A stretch of 32,000 bases of DNA from Cereibacter sphaeroides 2.4.1 (lineage in GTDB: Bacteria; Pseudomonadota; Alphaproteobacteria; Rhodobacterales; Rhodobacteraceae), in NCBI RefSeq assembly GCF_000012905.2, contig NC_007494.2:630001-662000 (forward strand), in the 5' to 3' direction. The notes under the pieces are model-generated. The model was not told the DNA's origin and did no database searches. It worked only from the letters and a program-made list of their open reading frames with translations. Shown here piece by piece: positions 1 through 6,497 of the stretch. The position numbers were made by a program, and so were the translations under genes. The stretch's first letter is position 1. The number at the start of each line of letters is the position of its first letter.

Positions 1-437
1 GCCGAGTCATTGGCCAGCGTGATCTGCAGGCCGTCGAGGTTCAGCTCGCTGCCGTTGTCGCCATATTGCTCGTCGCGGATGGTCCAGTTCGCCTCGCCTT
101 CCTCGAAGCCGGCGTTCGGCAGCGGGCTCGAGAACAGGATGCGCAGCGGCTGGCCGTCCTGGCCGTCGAAGGTCGCATCGACCGAGCCGATCCGCTCGCG
201 GGCCGAGCCGGTCCCGAGATAGACGTCGCCGTTCTCGAACGAGATCGCGCCGTTGGCCAGCGGATTGGCGGCGCTGGTCAGGCTGAAGTTGTCGCCGGCC
301 GTGGGCGAACTGACCGAGAATTCGATGTAGCCTTCGGTAAAGGCTCCGCCGCCCGTGATCGTGATGTTCGGGTCGACGAGCTGCGGCACGCCGCCCTCGG
401 AGAAGGTCAGGGCAGAGGTCAGGTTCACTGTCGGCAT
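1..437 (-). CDS. 5' part of a large secreted repeat/adhesin-like protein (RTX/T1SS-substrate-like); the gene runs off the left edge
   Basis: Absent from the ORF track because its stop lies outside the window. My reverse translation from ATG (complement of 435-437) reads MPTVNLTSALTFSEGGVPQLVDPNITITGGGAFTEGYIEFSVSSPTAGDNF... with no stop down to position 1. A GGAGA Shine-Dalgarno (complement of 443-447) sits 5 nt upstream. Composition is G/T/N/D-rich and repeat-like. The family call is by composition only. Confidence 0.5.
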   Translation of the reverse strand, partial: MPTVNLTSALTFSEGGVPQLVDPNITITGGGAFTEGYIEFSVSSPTAGDNFSLTSAANPLANGAISFENGDVYLGTGSARERIGSVDATFDGQDGQPLRILFSSPLPNAGFEEGEANWTIRDEQYGDNGSELNLDGLQITLANDS

Positions 438-506
438 GAGAATCTCCACGAGGGCTGCACTCGGCTTTTCCGCATCGGATGTGTCGAATGGGCGTCTAAA
501 TTGAGG

Positions 507-525
507 CAAATTCGTGCCGAATTTG
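507..525. promoter_or_regulatory. Perfect 8-bp inverted repeat CAAATTCG-TGC-CGAATTTG, 70-90 bp upstream of the adhesin-like gene start; candidate operator
   Basis: Read directly: 507-514 is the reverse complement of 518-525. It lies in the AT-richer stretch upstream of the minus-strand ATG at 437. No regulator is assigned. Confidence 0.2.
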
Positions 526-1033
526 ACTCGGCTGTCGCTGAGTTGACCTAAGGGAACGAGCGGCAGATCCGCGCTCCCGAACAAGAATACCGGAACGTGA
601 TTTCTGCGATAAAAGTCTCATCTTGAGCGTGCAATGTTGATGATCGTCGCTCGGCGTCAGGGAAGAGGATGGTGGCAATGTTGCAACGGTCGCCCTGACT
701 GTCCGAAGGACGGTCTTTTCAGCCCATGTGTTCGGAAACGGACGGGACAGCCCTCCTTATGGGGGTCATCAGTGCCGTGGCAGCCGGCTGCCCCACTTTG
801 GAAACACCCCACGCGCGGTGCCTGTGCGCCCTGCCCGGACACCGTGGGCCGTCGCGCGACATTCGTCCGACGAAGCCGCTGTCGGATCAGTGCTCCGCCG
901 TGCGGGGTCCAAGGGCCCCGCTCTGGCGGGATGGAGCACCGACCGGGCGACAGGACCCGTCCAGCCAGAGCGGGGACCGGCTCCCACGTCGATTTGAACC
1001 GCGCCGGGCTTACCGGAGGCTCATTGTCTCCGG

Positions 1034-3276
1034 TTGCGCATCGATGGCGGAGCTGCCGACGCTTTCGTGGATGGTGGCGCAGGCGGGAGCGATGCTGCCG
1101 TCGGCTTAGGGCGCGAGGTCGATGGCGGCGTACCGAACGTCGAGGTGTTCCGCCGGATCCTGCGCGACCACTTGGTGGAGACCTCGCCACTCGGGCCGGG
1201 CGACGAGCTGATGGGCGAGCCGGTGACGGTGCGCCGCCTGCATTCCGTACGAACCGCGGGGCAGGCGACCGGCATCGACCAGCGGCGCATGCGCCGGATG
1301 CTGGCCGAGGCCGGGATCGTGGCGGACGCGGCCGAGGGCACATGCGATGGCTGGGAGACCTTCGACGCCGCGGCGGCCCAGCCGATCCTCGATGACCTCA
1401 CGGCGCTGACCCATCGGAACATGAGCCCCAACAAGGCCACCCATTCCGAGGGCAGGGCGCTGAGGGAACTGAAGGAGCGTGCCCGGGTCATCGCCAACGA
1501 TGATCCGCTGCTGGGGGCAAAGAGGGGCGGCAGGGTTACCGTCAGCCTCGACTGGCCTCAGGGCAGGACCCTCAGGAAATACGTCGACACCTACCTCAGG
1601 TTCGGCAGGAATTCCGTGGTGCTGCTGGATCGGGACCACATGAAAGGGCCGAGGGAGGCAAAAGATCGCCAGCGAATGAGCTACTGGCAGGAGCGTTTCA
1701 TCTCCTACGTCCTCAACCTCTGGCACGATGAAAAGAAGCCGCCCCTCGCGCCGCTCGCGAGAATGGCCGAGACTCAGTTTCCCATTCCGCCGGAGGAAAT
1801 CGCGCGCGACCGCTGGTATCCCACAATCACCACGCTACAAACCCGAAAGAACGCGATCTCCGAGGTGGCACAGACACTTGGCCGGAAGGGGATCCGTCAG
1901 GGCGCGAACCTGAAGGGCGCGGGATCCACGGACATTCCTGCGCTGATGTTCGGCGAGTATTGCGCAGTCGACCAAGTTTACCTGTCGATCCACACCGATG
2001 GCAAAGGCATCGTGCGCGCGACGGAGATCGATCCCGCGAAGGCGTCGGAAGATCTGGAAGACAACGAGATCTGCCGGCTCTGGTTGCATCTGATGATCGA
2101 CGTCGCGACGCGTCTTCCGCTGGGATGGATCATCGCGGAGTCCGCCGATGCCGATCACAGCCACGCGCTCCTTCGCATGGCAACCCGCGACAAGACGAAG
2201 GAGAAGGTCCGCTATCGTTGCAAGCGGGATCCGGCGCCCCCCGCTGGTCTGCTTCTGACGACGGCGGACAACGGGACGGCAACGCGGAACGGGACCGTCT
2301 ACGCTAGCCAGCTTGGCATCGACTCGATCGTCATGAAGAGCCGAACCCATCACTCCACGGACAATTCCTTCATCGAACGGCCGTTCGGAACCCTGCAGTG
2401 GCAGGTGCTGAATTTCCTCGATGGCTATGCCGGCAGTCGTCCGGGTGAACTGGAGGGTTACGAGCCGGAGGCGAACGCCCGGATCACCCATGACGAACTC
2501 TACGGGATCATCACGCGCTACTTCGTCGACGAATATCCGTTCGCCCCGCACCGCGGCACCGGCATGTATAAAGCGACGCCTTGGCAGAAGTACGACGAAG
2601 TTACGAAGTTCTATGGCGGGATCGATGTGCCCAACCGTCGCGATCGCTGTCTGCACCTCGGCGTGAAGCGCAAGATGCATACCACCTCGGAAGGCGTCAA
2701 TCCCTTCAACATCCCCTTCAACTCCACCGCGTTGCAAGTGTTCGCGGCCGGCAGATCGAAGGAGGTCACGGTTCACATCGATCCGGACTTCATCCGGCAC
2801 GCCTATGTCACGGCGAAGGGTCACCCTGAAATCATCAAGGTCGATCTTCGCATGACGGCGTTCAATGACCTGACGCTGGAGGAAATCCTCGACCTGCAGA
2901 AGGCCACCGCCGAAGCCAATCCGAAGAAGCGCGTGCTGAACAACGGCCACTTTCAGGAGGCGCTTGCCCAGCGTGCCCGGGTGAATCGGGCTTCTTCCCG
3001 GATCCCCAGGCCCCGTCGAGCAATCGGACCATCGCGCAACTGGAGGAAGAGGCCGATCACCTGGCCCAGGTCGAAGCGCGACCTGTACCGACGATGGGTG
3101 TGACAGCGGCGCCCGGAAGCATCATGGACTGGTCCGGGAGAACGCCCTCCCGGCGGGCGGCAACAGCGTCCGCTCCTCCTCCGGCTCTCCCGCCGGCTTC
3201 GATCCTCCAGGCGGCCACGACGGCCGTTCCCACCGACGCCCCTGCATTCGCCCCCATCAAGGGAAGCAAACTGTGA
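1034..3276 (+). pseudogene. tniA: TniA/TnsB/MuA-family DDE transposase (rve-type integrase core), frameshifted near 2975-2983; true start uncertain
   Basis: Candidate D-D-E triad in the 689-aa ORF: CAVDQVYLSIHTD, LLTTADNGTATRN, DNSFIERPFGTLQ. After ...EALAQRAR the tracked frame turns into Arg/Pro-rich junk. Frame 1 (open from 2830) continues plausibly as GESGFFPDPQAPSSNRTIAQLEEEADHLAQVEA... and ends at TGA 3274-3276, overlapping the next gene's GTG. The shift sits in a CCCGGG run. The first ~100 codons may not belong to the gene. Confidence 0.7.
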
Positions 3277-3650
3277 CCAATCCCTTCATCATCCCCGAAA
3301 TCGCCGATCTCGCGGAACAGGTATCGCACCGACATTTCCCGCTCGCCCGCGCGACGGATCTGCAGACGGCCTTCGCCAAGATCTTCAGCCGCACCTCGGA
3401 AGCCTCCGTGGTGGCCGCCCGTTCGAGTCGGAATGCCTCGTCGTCACGGGCCTTTCGGGAAGCGGCAAGACGAAGGAAATTCGCGATCTGCTGCGCCGCT
3501 TCCAGGAAAGCGCGGCGGTCCTCCCGTCGGGCCAGCCGGCACGGATCGTCGAGTGCATTCTCGATGCAAAGGGCGGCTGGAAGGACCTCAACAGGAAGAC
3601 CCTCAAGGCAATGGGGTATCCGATTTCGGACAGTTCACGACTGCGCCCAA
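3273..3650 (+). pseudogene. tniB: TniB/TnsC-like AAA+ ATPase fragment, frameshifted around 3400-3420 and truncated
   Basis: The N-terminus MTNPFIIPEIADLAEQVSHRHFPLARATDLQTAFAKIF is in frame 3. The Walker A segment FESECLVVTGLSGSGKTKEIRDLLRRF (GLSGSGKT at 3449-3472) is in frame 2, which stops at 3719-3721. Only about 120 residues of an expected ~300 are present. Confidence 0.6.
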
Positions 3651-3654
3651 CCTC

Positions 3655-4533
3655 ATGCGCGAGGGTACACGGGGTCAGGTATCGCCGGTGGAACGCGACG
3701 GCATCTTCGGCGGCGATATAAAGCTAGAGGTCTCCGACCCGCACCAGGTCTATGCACTGCTTGCCCGGATGCAGGAGATGCACATCCTCGACCAAGGCGA
3801 GATCGACCGGTTCGTGTCACGCTTCCTGCAAGCCAATCAGCGGGCCGATGAGCGGCCGGTGCTGGAAGGCATCGTCCGGCAGACAGTGGAGCGCTTCCGG
3901 ACGGCCCTGACCGAGGAGCAGCAGGAAGAGTTCCGGCAGCTGCTGGCTTCCTTCCTGCGGTTTTATGCCTTCATCTCGCAGGTCATCGCCCTCGAGGACA
4001 GCGACCTCGAGAAGATGTACCTCTTCGGCAGCTGGCTGAAACGCCTGCTTCCGTCGCGCGAGGCGCCGCAAGGCGGCGATGTCACCGACGACATGCTGGA
4101 GTTGCAGGCCTTCCGGCTCTCGGAAGGCGAGGTTGTCGATGCGTCGCTCGAAGCAACAGAGGCGAAGCCGCTGTCCCCGATCGACCGTTTCGGGGCGAAC
4201 CCTTTTACTGAAGAAGAGCGGCGCACGCTTTCGGAAATCATCAAGGCGTTCAACGACCGGCACGCCACGAACTTCACCGAAGAGGATTACATCCGCTTCG
4301 AGGCAGTGAACGAGGCCATCCTCGACGACGAGGCTTGGGCCGAAATGCTGCGGAACAACCCGCCCGAGGTCGTGCGGCCCAGGTTCGGCGAGGAGTTCAT
4401 GCGTAGGGCCATTCTGGCGTTCCAACGCGACCGCCAGATGCAGAGCGCCTTCCTCCAAGATCGGGAAGGCCGGGAGATGATCATGGGGCTGATGTTCGGG
4501 CGAGCCGTGCGCGGAGCAAGAAAGTCAGCATAG
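3655..4533 (+). pseudogene. hsdR: Orphan C-terminal fragment of a type I restriction enzyme R subunit (HsdR helical C-terminal region)
   Basis: The tail of the 3433-4533 ORF reads ...SDPHQVYALLARMQEMHILDQGEIDRFVSRF...EEQQEEFRQLLASFLRFYAFISQVIALEDSDLEKMYLFGSWLKRLLP...LSEIIKAFNDRHATNFTEEDYIRFE... This matches the conserved C-terminal layout of HsdR proteins as I know them. No helicase or nuclease part and no hsdM/hsdS are in the window. The 5' boundary is approximate, and the junction with tniB lies somewhere in 3620-3700. Confidence 0.7.
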
Positions 4534-4615
4534 AAATTGAGAATTAAGCACTCGTCTGGCAGAAAGGCCTTCCCGAAATTACATCGGGCAATTCAAAAGA
4601 ACCACCGTATTTAAG

Positions 4616-4646
4616 TTGACTGACGAAATACACATGTAGTTAAAAT
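4616..4646 (+). promoter_or_regulatory. Sigma-70-like promoter candidate: TTGACT (4616-4621), 19-nt spacer, TAAAAT (4641-4646)
   Basis: Read directly in the AT-rich spacer after the hsdR fragment. It is followed by GGAGGG (4657-4662), 4 nt before ATG 4667. The spacer is longer than optimal. Confidence 0.3.
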
Positions 4647-4666
4647 GCAGCCAATCGGAGGGCAAT

Positions 4667-4969
4667 ATGGACGGTCAGAGAGTATCACAAGAAGAGTTTG
4701 AGGAACTCCTGAGAAAACGACTGAATTTGTATGAGAAACTCCATCGTCGACAGTTTTGCGGCAAAGGCCTCAACCTCAAGCTCGCCGACAACAATTGGCG
4801 CCGCAGTGACGCCAACAAGGGCAGCCTCTCCTTTGACTTCATGGAGTTTGATGAAATGTCCGCCGAGTTTGCCAGAGACGCCGCAAACCACATCAATAAA
4901 CTCGTGGTATTAACGAGGGATGTTGCGGATTGGACTGCCATGATGAGCGAGACCGCCGATGAAAGTTAA
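4667..4969 (+). CDS. Hypothetical protein, 100 aa; probably the N-terminal part of a 303-codon gene interrupted by TAA 4967-4969
   Basis: Strong SD and a promoter-like element upstream. Charged, helical-looking sequence (EEFEELLRKRLNLYEKLHRR...). Same reading frame as 5024-5578, with only one stop between them. No family recognised. Confidence 0.5.
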   Translation: MDGQRVSQEEFEELLRKRLNLYEKLHRRQFCGKGLNLKLADNNWRRSDANKGSLSFDFMEFDEMSAEFARDAANHINKLVVLTRDVADWTAMMSETADES

Positions 4970-5023
4970 AGAAACGAGATCTACTATGAATTTATTAGGT
5001 TACCAGTCACGCTCGCGCTGTGC

Positions 5024-5578
5024 ATGCCGCAAGCCATGAAAGAGAAGTTCTACTTCTACATTTCGCATCTCGCCAATCAGGTGCGACGAATATCACATGG
5101 ACCAGTGCAGGATAACCTTGTCGAGGATCATCGAATAAATCGCGATGTTGCGAGGAAATTGATTGGCGACTGGCCGAAAGGACAAGACTTTCTGACCCTT
5201 CTGGATCGGATTTCTGATGAAGAAATGTCCAGAAGAACTCAGAACTTCAGAAATGGCTTCAGCCATCAAATTACGCCGGGCATTCACGTTGGGATGACTC
5301 GGTTTGTCACCCGGTCCATTTTCAAGAATCAGGAAGATCTTGACGTCATTTTCGGAGACCAGAGCAGGATGCCGCAAGAACTTCGGCGCCCGCCAATGAA
5401 CCCTGGCGAAAAGCGTATCATCTACGTGTTTGGCGGACAAGAAGCGCTGAAGCTTGATGATGTCGTCGCTGTACTCGTTGAACAAATACAACGAATTCAT
5501 GAATGCTACGACATGTTCAAAGAGTATGTCTGGTTCTACGAAGATCAGTTCTATGGGGATGAGAGGAAGACCATCTGA
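5024..5578 (+). CDS. HEPN-like (Abi-type RNase-like) protein or C-terminal part of an interrupted gene; RNxxxH motif
   Basis: FRNGFSHQ (R-N-G-F-S-H at 5249-5266) fits the HEPN Rx4-6H / RNxxxH signature. The protein looks helical and charged. There is no Shine-Dalgarno before ATG 5024 or ATG 5036. The 18 codons 4970-5023 are open in the same frame (RNEIYYEFIRLPVTLALC). The family call rests on this motif only. Confidence 0.45.
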   Translation: MPQAMKEKFYFYISHLANQVRRISHGPVQDNLVEDHRINRDVARKLIGDWPKGQDFLTLLDRISDEEMSRRTQNFRNGFSHQITPGIHVGMTRFVTRSIFKNQEDLDVIFGDQSRMPQELRRPPMNPGEKRIIYVFGGQEALKLDDVVAVLVEQIQRIHECYDMFKEYVWFYEDQFYGDERKTI

Positions 5579-5582
5579 GGTG

Positions 5583-5604
5583 GGAGCGCCCGCTCGCGCG
5601 CTCC
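5583..5604. terminator. GC-rich hairpin GGAGCGC-N8-GCGCTCC between the convergent HEPN-like and TIR genes; candidate bidirectional terminator
   Basis: A 7-bp perfect stem read directly (5583-5589 / 5598-5604) in the 54-nt spacer between stop 5578 and stop 5633. There is no clear U-tract. Confidence 0.3.
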
Positions 5605-5632
5605 GCCCGTCCTCCATTAGCACTCGCCGCGA

Positions 5633-6349
5633 CTAAATGGCTACCAATTCTGCAATTTTAGCCGCGACCTCCGCCATTGACTCTTCGGCAGTGCTCAGCC
5701 CCGCACGGGACGCCAACAGTAGACTGACCTTCTCAAGCTCTTCATAGGTCGTTCCATGAACGACCGGGACAAGACGCTCACGCCGGAGGAGAGCCGAAAG
5801 CTCTTTGTCTGCGATGCCTTCCGCGGGGAGGCGGCGCAACATGGCCGGGGTTACCAACACAATACCGACTCGAGAGTTTACCAAGCCCTTGTCGATCGCC
5901 CGCATCATTGGCACCCCGAGGCCAAGGTCCTTTTCACTGAACCATACCCGGACACCCCGGGCCTCCAGCAAATCATGCAATTCCTTGGCGGAGCCCTGCC
6001 TGTCATCCCATGCGTGGCATAGAAACACATCTCGAAGATCAGGCTGCGAGGCCGCCAGGTTTTCGACGTTTTCTCGAACCGGCGTGAGCGCCTGAACCTG
6101 TTCAGGCGTGTACCAGACTGACGAACCTGTTCCCGACCAGCGCGGTTTGGCGGTGCGGCGCACTGAACTACCGCTGGTCCGACCGCTGCTGCTCCCTGAG
6201 GAGGATGAAGGGGACGAATATGACCCGTAACTGCTGTAGCCATACCCGCTATAGCCGCTGGAGCGGCTGTAGCGGCTCCCACATGCAGGACATGCGGCTG
6301 CGGCAGCTGCCGAGCGATGACCATTTACTGGTGCAGTACATCTCGCCAT
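5633..6349 (-). CDS. TIR-domain protein (238 aa) with Cys/His knuckle and Ser/Gly/Tyr-rich low-complexity N-terminal region
   Basis: The C-terminal ~130 aa follow the bacterial TIR pattern: DVFLCHAWDDRQGSAKELHDLLEARGVRVWFSEKDLGLGVPMMRAIDKGLVNSRVGIVLVTPAML...GIADKELSALLRRERLVPVVHG. A Glu (E183) sits where the catalytic NADase glutamate is expected. A strong SD, AAGGAGGTG (complement of 6357-6365), lies 7 nt before ATG (6349). G+C is lower than the flanks. Confidence 0.85.
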   Translation of the reverse strand: MARCTAPVNGHRSAAAAAACPACGSRYSRSSGYSGYGYSSYGSYSSPSSSSGSSSGRTSGSSVRRTAKPRWSGTGSSVWYTPEQVQALTPVRENVENLAASQPDLRDVFLCHAWDDRQGSAKELHDLLEARGVRVWFSEKDLGLGVPMMRAIDKGLVNSRVGIVLVTPAMLRRLPAEGIADKELSALLRRERLVPVVHGTTYEELEKVSLLLASRAGLSTAEESMAEVAAKIAELVAI

Positions 6350-6497
6350 GCCTCTTCACCTCCTTCACCAAACACCACTTCGTCAGTCCGCGGATCCATT
6401 GCGCACCACGACTAGCCGTCGCTTTTTGCTCATTTGACGTCGTTTTTCAGCATAATGGACAATTTATCTGAACCGCGAGACTCTTGCCTCCCCGCCC

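Larger units (their letters stand above)
1034..3650 (+). mobile_element. Remnant of a Tn5053/Tn7-type transposition module (tniA-tniB with GTGA start/stop overlap), decayed; no terminal inverted repeats identified
   Basis: A DDE transposase gene is followed by a Walker-A ATPase gene whose GTG (3273) overlaps the restored tniA stop (3274-3276). This is the classical tniA/tniB (tnsB/tnsC) arrangement. Both genes need frame corrections, and tniQ/tniR-type genes are missing. Confidence 0.6.

Noticed and set aside
985-1035. A tRNA-like GGTTCAAATC (T-loop-like) on the minus strand next to a stem-loop, suggesting a tRNA or tRNA-fragment integration site.
   Set aside because: The putative T-stem does not pair (CGG / CGA gives one base pair). 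The neighbouring stem-loop (1013-1033) has a 9-nt loop rather than a 7-nt anticodon loop. No acceptor stem can be drawn.
2975-2983. Programmed ribosomal frameshifting in tniA, as seen in IS3/IS1 transposases.
   Set aside because: There is no slippery heptamer (A AAA AAG type) at the shift site. The TniA/TnsB family is not known to use frameshifting. The adjacent tniB is also broken, which favours decay or a homopolymer sequencing error.
3094-3276. A 60-aa ORF between tniA and tniB, considered as an independent small gene.
   Set aside because: It is the natural continuation of tniA after a 1-nt frame correction. Its stop overlaps the tniB GTG in the usual coupled arrangement.
5093-5623. A 176-aa minus-strand ORF (GTG start) lying 9 nt downstream of the TIR gene stop. 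It would make a TIR-plus-partner operon on the minus strand.
   Set aside because: It is exactly codon-registered antisense to the 5024-5578 frame, so it stays open simply because the sense strand avoids TTA, CTA and TCA codons there. It has a GTG start, no SD and no recognisable motif. The plus strand carries the RNxxxH motif and continues an ORF that has a promoter and strong SD. Strand assignment should still be confirmed by RNA-seq or homology search.
6434-6456. A plus-strand TTGACG ... CATAAT promoter-like pair in the TIR/nrdJ spacer.
   Set aside because: The spacer is only 11 nt, and transcription would run antisense into the 3' end of nrdJ.
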